A stretch of 64,000 bases of DNA. Source: Haliotis rufescens. Its lineage: Eukaryota. The stretch is from positions 71,052,001 to 71,116,000 of the forward strand of contig NW_025963890.1 of NCBI RefSeq assembly GCF_023055435.1. The letters are read 5' to 3'. The notes under the pieces are model-generated. The model did not search any database. It was not told where the DNA came from and saw nothing but the letters and a program-made list of their open reading frames with translations. Shown in pieces: positions 39,848-51,395 of the stretch (positions are counted from its first letter, which is position 1; every line of letters begins with the position of its first letter). A program made the translations under genes and the position numbers.

Positions 39848-40276
39848 GTCGTCGTGATGCTGATGGTCGTGGTCTTGTTGTTCACTGTCTGCTGGGGCCC
39901 CATCATGTTCAACAACTTGCTCACTGCGTTCGGCGTTCTGGGACATCACCACATCGACTGGCTGAGGTTCATGCGCATGGCCTTCTGGTTGATGGCCTAC
40001 GTCAACAGCTGCGTCAACCCCGTCGTCTACGCCTTCATGTCAAAGAACTTCAGACAAACCTTCAAATACGCACTGTGCGCATGCGTCAAGGGCAAAGCTT
40101 TCGTCCGAGCTTATCGTTTCAGCAGATCCTTCAACAGCACCAGGACGTCTGTGATGCAGTCTAATGGCCGCGTTGTCTATCCAAACGACAAGATCAGCAG
40201 TGACGTCTCCGTCACCATGGCTCCTCGAGTTGCGACGTCGTCGGAATATATTGAGTTGGCGAAACTTACAGAGTAA
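39848..40276 (+). CDS. Same GPCR, terminal exon (TM6, TM7, C-tail) ending in TAA
   Basis: Acceptor ctgttccAG. VVVMLMVVVLLFTVCWGP (CWxP), NSCVNPVVYAFMSKNFR (NPxxY and helix 8), CAC putative palmitoylation site, Ser/Thr-rich tail. Confidence 0.95.
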   Translation, partial: VVVMLMVVVLLFTVCWGPIMFNNLLTAFGVLGHHHIDWLRFMRMAFWLMAYVNSCVNPVVYAFMSKNFRQTFKYALCACVKGKAFVRAYRFSRSFNSTRTSVMQSNGRVVYPNDKISSDVSVTMAPRVATSSEYIELAKLTE

Positions 40277-40281
40277 AAATG

Positions 40282-40287
40282 AATAAA
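40282..40287 (+). promoter_or_regulatory. Candidate polyadenylation signal AATAAA just after the GPCR stop
   Basis: Hexamer 5 nt after TAA; use cannot be shown from sequence. Confidence 0.3.
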
Positions 40288-40324
40288 TGTGTTGGTGAGG
40301 TAAAAGAAAAACAATTATTTAACA

Positions 40325-40361
<37 letters not shown>

Positions 40362-40365
40362 GTAT

Positions 40366-40408
<43 letters not shown>

Positions 40409-40503
40409 ACTGGATAACATTATTGAATGATTCACAGATTGTAGAAAATAAATTTTTCCCCTGATTTGGGAACGAGACTGGACTGGATAAGTAGACGGAC
40501 AGT

Positions 40504-40586
<83 letters not shown>

Positions 40587-40587
40587 T
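40325..40587. repeat. (GAT)n and (TTTA)n microsatellites immediately downstream of the GPCR stop
   Basis: Direct inspection. Confidence 0.95.
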
Positions 40588-41685
40588 TAGTTACTTATCT
40601 ATTTGTTATTTATTTGTAATTAACTTTCTTCAGCTATTATTTTGTTTTGTATATTATATTTTCATGTTTTATTATTTCCCTTTTTAATAAGATTTAGACT
40701 GATCAATTGCTGTGTAATGCGACTCCGCTAGGATAGGCATGATACGGGTATGTCATATTTTCACCGGGTTAAATGCCTTGAAAGTGTTGTTTCTTTTTCG
40801 TTGTCATTATATTAGAGGGGTTGTAGTGCCACACCATTCTTCTACACACTGAAGACACTTGCACGTGGTGTATTGCCTGCATGGCCGCAGGATCTTGGAA
40901 GAACTCAGGTTTGACGAAATAGATATGCTGTGTGACAGACACACGTCCCAGGGCTGCTGCATCCTCGATTACCCAGTGTATCGCATCTCCGTTATGTTAT
41001 GCTATATTCTCTGGACTTATGCACCACTATAGCCTCGTTTTGAGTCAGGGTCGCGTGACATAACACTTACACTCACCGTCCAGTCAAAACAAGCGGCGAA
41101 ATCAGTACCCTTTTTGCGGGTCGTCTAAAACAGAAATTTGAACGTCTGTAGCATAAATTAAGACTTCTCTCCCCTTGGAATGTTCGCTTGGGCGCCATTT
41201 TGAATGTTAACTACATTACGTCAGAATCTAAACACTTGAAAAATGGATTTGACCAATAAATAGCAAACGTCATCTAAAACGTTACCAGGCTAAAAATAGT
41301 CGCCGAAACACTGCAAACTTTCCCAAACACCATCGAATAACGAATAACGCTCATACGAGGCGCAACTTTGAATGAAGATAAATGCCGAGGCGAGGTAATT
41401 TGATTACTTGTTAATTACAAGCTCATGGACGACAAGACTTTTTTCCTAAAGTAAGACTAACTGCGGCATCACATCCGAAACGAAAATTTGGGGCATATAT
41501 CACAATAGAATCTCGATATAATACCCTAGATAAACGAGGATGGGGCTGCTGTGATGTTAAAGATATGGAGACGGTGATGTAACGCTGTGTTTGTGAGGTG
41601 AGCACGATTAGGAGAGATAGGTTCCATCATTGTACACTTGCAGAATAGACTGGGTGGCTGGTGGCTGTATTTGCTTTCTCTCTGG

Positions 41686-41953
41686 TTTGTTTGTTTGTTT
41701 GTTTGTTTGTTTTGTTTGTTTGTTGTTATCGCCGCATTCAGCAATATTCCAGCTATATGACGGCGGTCTGTAAATAATCGAGTCTGGACCAGACAATCCA
41801 GTGATTGACATCATGAGCATCGATCCACTCTATTGGGATACGATGACATGCATCAACCAAGTTAGCAAACCCTGGCCATCCGATCCCGTTAGTCGCCTTT
41901 TACAGCAAGCATGGGTTGCTAAAGACCTATTCTACCCCGGATCTTCACGGGTC
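41686..41953 (-). mobile_element. SINE-like family B, single-hairpin variant
   Basis: Ends ...cccggatcttcacgggtc; (GTTT)n tail. Confidence 0.88.
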
Positions 41954-43324
41954 CTTAATCTTTGGAATATGTTCTGCTTGATGACTCTCTGTTGCGGTAC
42001 TGTTTCCATGATCGCACAGAGTATACACACGGCTTGGCTTGCGTCATACTCATTGAATTACGAATCGCTTTTATTAAGTCTTCCGCCGCTGATTTGAGCT
42101 GTGTACAGGAGCGCCCATCAGTGGTCCGTCGTGTTTATGAACATGTAAACTCTGGCCATCAATACTTTCTGTACGTGTATAAGCTGAAACATACTGCATG
42201 TCAATTTAATTAGATCCCAAATTAGACGGCATTGTGACAGAACCTACGATTCTGGAAACGATGTTTGGCTGAAAAAGATTCAATTTGTTTAAAGGAGGCT
42301 AGCGAGCGATATCCAAAGGTTATCAGACACAAAGTAACACGTGACATAAATATGCCACAGTGGAAGTACCTTTCTGCACAGGACAGTGTTATAATTACTA
42401 ATGAGAGATAAAACAAGTGACGCTAAAAACAGCACAATCGTAAGCTCTTTTTGGAATAAACCGCGTTCGGAATGAGCGCTTGATGACCTTTAAACATCGG
42501 ATCTGAAATACTATTTTTGATAAATGAAACTCTATGTTAAGGAAACGACATGTCAGTACCGTGGAACAGCTGTGTTTGTGTGATTTCCATAAACATGGTG
42601 AAATCAAAATGTTTTTCGTATCTGTGTCTGATGACATGCTTGGAATCAAGATGTACTGATGTACTATACAATGCAGTGCCTTTTGGAGGCAGCGCTGGTC
42701 ATGTGACTGCGCCAAGGACACGAACTCATGACTGCATTCTTTCCTGTCTGTTGTGATTAAAGTCATGTGATACAATAAACCTCGTGTTCGTGTTTTTTAC
42801 AAACATCAATAGAAACTCTAGTCGCCTGATACCACCAATAGCCATATAAAAAGTAATCACTTTTAGATGTTTTTACAAACTGTCGAGCCGTAGGGCGGCA
42901 TTTCTTCACGTTGAAAGGCAGTTGATTTTGTCATTGATTTTGGGGGTAACCTTTGTGAATATTTCTTTTTGTCGATGCATTCCGCCAATTTCACTGGAAT
43001 CAATGTTTTGACATGAAGACATGTGAGAAAGGGGGAGTTCTGCCCAATGGCTAATAGTGTGTCAATCTACACCGACTGCGTGAATCGTTGTTCACAATAC
43101 AAATCACTGGTCTGACTAGATAATTTACAGGCCGCCGTCATATAGCTGGAATATTGCTGAGTGAGTCGTTAAGAACAGCACACAAACATTTAATTCAGCC
43201 TCCAGTACAAAGTGGGTATGTCAGTAGTTAGAACAGATTTTAAAATCGCGATTGTTTTCATAAAACCATATTGTTTCATGAAGAGGTAGCGATTTATTTG
43301 ACTGAGTATCTTTATCTTACCAAC

Positions 43325-43587
43325 GAGTGAGTGAGTGAGTTGATTTACCGCCGCTTTGAACAGTATTCCAATTATATCACGGTGTGTCAGCTTAATGTGG
43401 GAGGAAAGCCCGAAGTGATGCAGGTCTCAGATGTTTATCATTTTGGTGAAACCCACGAGCACAGGTATGGTGCTGACAAACCGAGACACAAAAAAACGAC
43501 GCGAACCGGGATTCGAACCCGCGATCATAGGTTTCTGGCGTGCCCAAGGGACGCAACTCTGCGCAGATAACTGGGCCACCCGTGCCC
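43325..43587 (-). mobile_element. SINE family A
   Basis: Reverse-complement match to 5893-6176. Confidence 0.88.
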
Positions 43588-44650
43588 TACTCTTACGAAA
43601 TAGCTTTAAGCATGTTGAGGGTGTTGCGAACAAATTCTTATTTTAGACAAACCTCTGTATTTCAGTCACGTAAATGATAAAGACAGTCATCGACTTATAA
43701 AAAAGGCCTGAAGACTGAACACGTGACCTAATTACGTCACAATGGAATTTACGTTTCTACACGTCGACGCCACATTTTGATTGAAAGTATTCTGTAAAAT
43801 AATACATATGAATAAACTGCGTGGTATTCTGTGTAAAAAAACGTTCGTGTTTTGAGTGTCGAGATCTTACTCTATCTTTCATTCAAACGAGAATAAAACC
43901 AGTACTTCACATTCTCTACAAGTAGACCCTTTCCTCTCTCGCTGAATGTTAGTGTCACCTCGACATCCACAAATGAAGGTGCTGGTGTCCGTGTATTTAA
44001 TCTACTTATTTGCTACAACAGACAGCATAAAAGCACTCACAGTGGATCCACTGCCCTCTACTCTCCAGCGACTGTGTGTCGCCACACCAATGTACCTCTC
44101 ACAAACCCATGCATGTCCTTACTCTGTAGGCAGATTACATTGTGATGACTGTGATAGTGGGCTTCAAATGGGGACTTTCTTGTTTCACCTGGACTCCCAA
44201 ATCAATGGGAGTCTGCCGTGTTCAAATATAGATATACGCGTCCCCATTCTCTGCTAAACACCTGGTGATCCTACACCCCACTACCCGCTCCAACTACCCG
44301 TTCATCACTTCCGACCGGCCGCATTATACCAAAACACGTCGTGCGGCATTATGGGGCATTATGGGGTTGAAAAAAGACTGGTCTACTGTGTACTGTGTTT
44401 ATGTGGGGTAACTATGTTAAATGCCGGCATAGTATCTCGGTGGGCTTGCGCTATAAAAGTCGCCATCAATTAGGACTAGTACAAGCAAACACACACACAT
44501 TTCCATTTCGGCTTACCTCCCATCATCACTTCAAACGCCATACCACCCGCTCCATCTACTCGACCTTCAGACTTCTATCTCAAAACTCCCGTACACCCGC
44601 TACTGACATGTAACTCGTTATGCCGCCCACACCAACAGATAATCCAACTA

Positions 44651-45276
44651 CATCTTCTCGAGGCAAGGGCGTTAATTCATTAAAAAAGTCCAGTTTCCAA
44701 CCTTGACGAACTAGGCTGGAATTTCCAGGCTCGATCGTAGTGCCACCAGTGGAGTTATGTCCCTTCTATGTCCCTCCTATTGACCAATCAGATTCCACTT
44801 CTTATATCACTTGCATTCAAACAAAATGGCGGCGCACAGTCAAGACATTCTGGGTCCCTTTCCACAAAGCGATCTTAGCGCTGAGATGATCGTAACTCCC
44901 ATTCTTTAACATAGGCTTACGACAGTCGTAGCTGTTCGAGCGCTTTGTGGAACGGAACCTATGATCGATAATAAAGATCTATATTATAATAAAACGGATC
45001 ACTTGAGCACCTTCATTAAAAACATGGAATGATTTGCAACATGTCTATCCCCAGTTGGCGTTACACATGCTTTGCAAACCCTGCAGTCGACCGAAATCTG
45101 CACGTTTAAATTCATGTTGTTTACGAACCGGATGTCTAGTTCGTTACTCGATTTTGATTGGATTATGCATAGACTCGTTAGCCCAGCCAAAATGTAACTC
45201 CGGATTTCCAGCCTAGTTCGGGAAGGGTGAAAACTGGACTTTTATAGTTAGTTAACACCCTTTCCTCAGGAAGATA
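44651..45276. mobile_element. Mutator-like MITE with ~80-bp TIRs and 9-bp TSD, containing a small nested TIR element (~44852-44959)
   Basis: catcttctcgaggcaagggcgttaa...gaactaggctggaa is inverted at 45200-45276; ATCCAACTA/ATCTAACTA flanks. Inner tccacaaagcg / cgctttgtgga. Confidence 0.75.
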
Positions 45277-45855
45277 ATCTAACTATTGAACACAGCCGCT
45301 GTGGACTTGTGAGTCAACCTCCGAGGCTCTGTGCTGTCTCAATCCCACGCTTGCCGGGTTTGTCTGCCGCCCTCTCAATGGAGCCACTATAGGATATCTT
45401 GTTATGTGTGTCTGGCTCAAGTGGAACCCCATCCTCGACAGACACTTCATCCGAGATAAACGTGTAACCAACAATGGCGCGTTGACGTCCGCTGTCAATT
45501 ACAGAAGTTAAAATGTGTTTCTTTTCTTTCAACGGGTGTTTGATTTATGGCGATAATCCAACCTCGACACTGTTCTGGGAGGAAGGCAGAGAGGTTGTTT
45601 CCTCAAATACTCTGTCATTTGTCCATGGAATAACACAGGTCTTTGTTTCCCTTTAGGGCACTTCAGAAAGACACAAACTCACGGAAACCCTTAACAAAGA
45701 AATGAAATTTACGCACATCAAATACTCAATACATTAAAGCGACAATCGATAATCATAAGAAATCGCTGATAAAAACAGAGTGCATTATACGAACCCGACT
45801 ACATATTAAGCATGTGCGGTAGACCAGTACATTGCCAAAGCTAGTCACACATGTT

Positions 45856-46073
45856 CCGGTGATGGCGCAATTTAGTCACACCCTCAAAACCGGTAGATGG
45901 CGCAGTCTTGCCACACTTATGTACCGCTAGATGGCGCAATTTGGTCACACACTGGAAACCGGTAGATGGCGCAGTCTGGCCACAGTTTGGTACCGCTAGA
46001 TTGCGCATGCTGGTCACGTCCTGGTACCGGTAGATGGCGCAGCCTGGCCACACCTTTATCGGTAGATGGCGCA
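45856..46073 (+). repeat. About 34-bp tandem repeat carrying seven CCG(G/C)TAGATGGCGCA motifs (CTCF-like)
   Basis: Motif starts at 45856, 45890, 45924, 45959, 45993, 46027, 46059. Confidence 0.75.
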
Positions 46074-46121
46074 AGCTGGTCGCTCCAACAACGCGTTCAT
46101 CACTTCAAACACCACATTGCG

Positions 46122-47530
46122 GTAGGTGTGCAACCCTCTCGTGAAAAATTGTGCACTTTGTGATAAAGGCATGAAACTTGGCAAAGTTGTAGGTAATGAC
46201 ATTCCAAATATTTTCAAATATGGGGCCACCCAAACAAATACAATATGGCCGCCAAATCCATTATGGCCACCATGGAGGAATTAAACTCTAGTATAATATA
46301 CAATATAGTGTTCACAACCTAAATAAACTATGAACAATTAAAGTTTTGGTATGTTTGACATAACGCTACATCTCTAAAATACATAACTATATTTTAATCA
46401 CTATTTATGTTGATTTAGGTAATCTTAAGTGTGAATTAAATATGCTTTCATTTCTTTTTCGGCATATCTTGAAGAAATACATAATCAAAGCCCATTATAA
46501 CTGTGCCAATATCGTATTCCCATATGGTACATAGCAGAATATTTAAAGATTGGTTGGTTGGTTGGTTGGTTTTTTAACGCCGCACTCAGCAATATTACAG
46601 CTATATGACGGCGGTCTGTAAATAATCGAGTCTGGACCAGACAATCCAGTGATTAATGTCATGAGCATCGATCCACGCAATTGGGATCGATGACATGCAT
46701 CAACAAAGTCAGCGAGCCTGACAACCCGATCCCGTTAGTCGCCTTTTATGACAAGCATAGTCACGAATATTTAAAGAACAAAAGTTGCATTTTTAATATG
46801 CTTGTACATGGCTAATATTTTGGCTAGCTGGTGGAAATTAAATGTGCAAAGGGGTGTACTAATCAAATGTGGCACAACACAGTCACACCTTGCTCTGCAT
46901 CCTCTCTGAGACCTATAGCAACATCTCAGAAGTTCTTGTCATGACCACAAAAGGCTCATAGCCATGTGCTGCTGATATTACCCTTCCCCTCTCAGTTTTA
47001 GTGGGGAGGTCTCCAAGTTTCGTTCCCAACAGTGGTCAGCTTGAAATGCAACTCTTTTGACATGTCAGCTGATGTGGCATGAATGGAATTAATTGATCTA
47101 CCTTTCTCGGTGAATAAGTCTTTGCGAGCCTCAGCAACACGTGTACAGATACTGGTTCGATCATGCATTAAGACCACAACATGCTGAATGACTGGCTTTA
47201 TGTTCTTCAGATCAAGGTCGGTTGGTACATCACAATTGAGATTGAAAGTCTCTCATCATACACACTGCGCTGTCTTATTTGTTTTCCCTGCAGAAAGATG
47301 TCTGATCTCAGCAAGTAATTGCAGGAAAAGCTCGAAGTGACCAGGCTTTCTGTGGTCTAAGAAGTCCTACAAGAACATGAACAGGTACATGTCTTGTTTG
47401 CCAGTTCCAAAAGCTACCCAGAGGTGAGACACATCAGTTCCGCCAAACAATGCAATGGCCATGACAGAGTCATCAGCATCAACTGTTTGAATCAGAATCC
47501 TATCATGACTCTGTCTGGCAGCAAGATTCT
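46122..47530 (-). mobile_element. Academ-like (XPG nuclease plus Cys-rich finger) DNA transposon remnant
   Basis: Minus-strand translation gives ILIQTVDADD...LWVAFGTGK, EARKDLF..KGRSI..I and ELLRCCYRSQRGCRARCDC; TAGGTGTGCAAC-type terminus at ~46122. Confidence 0.65.
46550..46764 (-). mobile_element. 5'-truncated family B copy with 13-bp TSD, nested in the Academ-like remnant
   Basis: GAATATTTAAAGA at 46537-46549 and 46765-46777. Confidence 0.9.
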
Positions 47531-48870
47531 ACATGGAGACCGATAGATGGCGCAGTCTGACCAGACCTTGGACTCGGTATACGGCGCAACCTCGGGACAG
47601 TTCCAGGTGCAATAAATTGGCTTTTAACTCCAAATCCATGTTTGCCAAAAATATGCACTTATTCTTAACGTTCACAATACACAATGGAATGCATATGGCC
47701 ATAAACATGTTTACAATCCAAATATGATTATTATATTTGTTGTGTTTGGGTGGTGTTTACGCTGTGAGACGATAGCTCATTTCATCTGTTTGGACCCTAA
47801 GCGTGTTGAGATAGGACACACCGAAATTATATTTCGTTTAGGATTTAAACACATCCCTAATCATGTTTAGATCTCAAACAATTCTTGCATGTGCTGTATG
47901 TGTTTACATTCTAAACACATTTTCACAGCGTCATTCAGACTGAGCATGATGCTGTTGCCTTCCTGCTGGCTGTCTAGTTCACACAAAATTGTTCCATTGT
48001 TTTCGTTGTTCGCGATGCGGCCCATAGCAACGTATCGTCATATCAGCACATTATCTAAAACAATTGTTTTGATGTGACGTTTCAACAATGACATGTCTCC
48101 ACATAGGCGCGGAACCCACAATTTTCAATATTTTCTCATGAAAGACTATAGGTGATATACAGAATAACACACTCACAAATCGGAATTAGGGATCATTTGT
48201 CCCTCGAGAAATAGTATAATGTTACAAAATTAAGTCATTCGGGACAGATACTCCGAAGTTCCTCGTAGACCGTAGAATATTTTTTTTAAGCTGGTAATTT
48301 TCTTTCAACAAATGATGATCCTGTTGATACCAACGTGTTGTCATTGTGAGACTTGAGCGGTGCACGGAAAGAGTAAACTGGTTCCACTGTTGGCTCACGC
48401 CATATCCGGTTGTATGTGCGCATGCGTAACGTCTTGTATTGCGTATATAAATAAACAGGGAGACGTGTCTCCACACCGGGAGTTTGTTTTGGGCGATGAA
48501 AATTACAACAAACTGCTCTGCTGGTGTTATTTTGGCGAGAGCAATTATACTTCACAAACAAACGTCACGTAGTCTGCTATTTGTTTTCACTTGGTGCCGA
48601 GGAAGGGTGAATGTTATGTTTAATGTCTGTCTGTCGTTTAGGTAGACAGAATCCCAGTCAATGGATTGAGTGAGCGTTATGTGGGTCACGTATGAGACAT
48701 GTTGGATAAGGTTGGAACTCACCGTCTCCCTGTTCGCATGGACCTTAACTGACATTAGTCTCAGATATTAAGTTTCTTATTTAAAGGTTATATCTACAAA
48801 ATATGAAAAAAATATTATAATTCAACTGGAGGCCAGAACAATGCTTAATTTCCAACAGCTGAGGCAATCT

Positions 48871-49206
48871 AGACTTGACCAATCTTTCTAGACTTGAGTT
48901 GGACTCCTTTCTTAATGTATTCTCATGGGTCTGGGAGACAGACTAGTCTGGATCTCTCTTGTCACGAGTAGACGGTAATGTTGATTGAATTTCGTTATTG
49001 GTATGCATTTGGTCAGGAGGAAGCCTCACCTTCGTTAATAAACCCAAATTGTAACACCTGTTGAGGTAGCACGTAGCAATAACAAAATTCAATCAAAATT
49101 ACTGCATACTTGTGACAAGAGAGGTCAGGACTAATCTATCTCCCAGACCTTAGAGAATAAATTTAAAAAGGCGTCCAACTCAAGTTTAGAATGATTGGGC
49201 AAGTCT
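48871..49206. mobile_element. Foldback/MITE-like long inverted repeat (~130-bp arms, ~70-bp spacer)
   Basis: 48871-49003 is the imperfect reverse complement of 49074-49206. Confidence 0.85.
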
Positions 49207-50077
49207 CCCTGAATTTATGTATTATCTTGGACTCCATTTGGATTTTTGAATCTATATAATATACATATATATTTTTTAAAAAGATAACTTTATTTCTGGG
49301 TTAAGTGTTAGTCGATGGAGAACGGGGTCCACAGATTTGTTTAAAATATTGAAGTTATGTTTCAACAAATATTTGATCACCCATGTCCGTTCGTAAAAAT
49401 TATATACAGCATTTTATTGTAATGGCTGTTTCAATGTTATTCCAACTATTAACGTTTCGGGGAATGTGATCAGCGGCTAGCAACAGTTCAGTCGATAACC
49501 AGAAGAGATTGATTGTCTCAGACACTGAACAGTATCATTTGCCAACATAAAGGTCATTTCAATAAGGACTATTAATCCGATTTTTATCAGACGTGTAAAA
49601 TACACTTTGAGCAATGTCAGTTTTGTGTTTGATCAGTCACTGGAGGAGACATGTGAATGGGTATACTTCAGTCTGTTGATGTAATAACTATGTTAATGAG
49701 CTTAAGTTTCATGTACAAATTATTAACAAACATCAGAAAATGGACCATTTAATGATAGATGAAATATCAGAAGCTCTGCCCAAGTAATGTCCACTAAGCC
49801 TGCGCATACTACGACCCGTTGGGCCAGCCACGTGGTCCTGTAGGGTCTGGTGTAAAATAGTGGACCTAATATAGAATAAATAAAAGATTTAAATTTTTAA
49901 AAATAGGACGTTATAACAGAACATATAAAAAAATCGAAGTCTGTTGATCAGGTGAGATGTTCAACGAGAGAGTATGCACGCTCTCGGTACGTACACAGCA
50001 ATACTTTTAATGCTACTGTTACAGGCTAACTTAACATCATTCTGTTGGGATAAGGTATATGTAGTTTATGAATTATG

Positions 50078-50350
50078 GTTGGTTACCTGGTTTGTTGTTT
50101 AACGCCGCACTCAGCAATATTCCAGCTATATGACGGCGGTCTGTAAATAATCGAGTCTGGACCAGACAATCCAGTGATAGATATCATGAGCATCGATCCA
50201 CGCAATTGGGATCGATGTCATGCATCAACCAAGTCAGCGAGCCTTACCACCCAATCCCGTTAATCGCCTTTTACGACAAGCATAGTCACCTTTTACGGCA
50301 AGCATGGGAGCTGAAGTTGCTGCTGTTCTACCCCGGAATCTTCACGGGTC
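50078..50350 (-). mobile_element. Full-length family B copy with 12-bp TSD
   Basis: TTATGAATTATG at 50066-50077 and 50351-50362. Confidence 0.92.
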
Positions 50351-50629
50351 TTATGAATTATGACTTCTAGAATACTTCACTTGTGTAGAGTGTTAAGATA
50401 CACATTGTTAAGAGAATATATGCGTGTAACACCCATTTAATGTGTCATGGACCAACACAGCAATGTATTGTTTAATAGTATGTCCTTCATAGCCTAAATC
50501 CATTAGTCGTCTTCAATAACTGCCCCGTCGACATGCACGTCGCAACTGCGTTGGTATTGGATGTAAGCAATGAAACCGGTACATGATGAAGTGATTCAGA
50601 GTGCACTTGTATGTGATGCTCTGGGTGAA

Positions 50630-51395
50630 TGTGAACTGATTCTTTGCGTGATGAACTGATTCTGTGGGTGGTGGACTGATTCTGTGTGCGTGGAACTGAT
50701 TCTGTGTGCGAGGAACTGATTCTGTGTGTGGTGGACTGATTCTGTGTGCGAGGAACTGATTCTGTGTGCGAGGAACTGATTCTGTGTGTGGTGGACTGAT
50801 TCTGTGTGCGAGGAACTGATACTGTGTGTGGTGGACTGGTTCTGTGTGCGAGGAACTGGTTCTATGTGTAGTGAACTGATTCTTTGCGTGATGAACTGAT
50901 TCTGTGTGTGAGCAACTGGTTCTGTGTGTGTGAGTAACTGATTATGTGTGTTGTGAACTGATTCTATGCGTGATGAACTGATTATGTGTGGTGGGAACTG
51001 ATTCTGTGTGTGAGCAACTGGCTCTGTGTGTGTGAGGAAATAAGTATGTGTGTTGTGAACTGATTCTATGTGTGGTGAACTGATTCTATGTGTGGTGGAC
51101 TGATTCTGCGTGTGAAGAACTGATTCTGTGTAGGGGAACTGATTCTGTGTGTGAGCAACTGGTTCTGTGTGTGTGAGGAACTAATTATATGTGTTGTGAA
51201 CTGATTCTATGTGTGGTGAACTGATTCTGTATGTGGTGGACTGATTCTGCGTGTGAAGAACTGATTCTATGTGTAGTGGACTGATTCTCTGTGTGAAGAA
51301 CTGATTCTATGTGTGGTGAACTGATTCTGTATGTGGTGGACTGATTCTGCGTGTGAAGAACAGATTCTGTGTGGGGGAAACTGATTCTGTGTGTT
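50630..51395. repeat. About 20-bp minisatellite (GAACTGATTCTGTGTGTGGT), abutting a family B copy at ~51396-51612
   Basis: Direct inspection. Confidence 0.9.
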
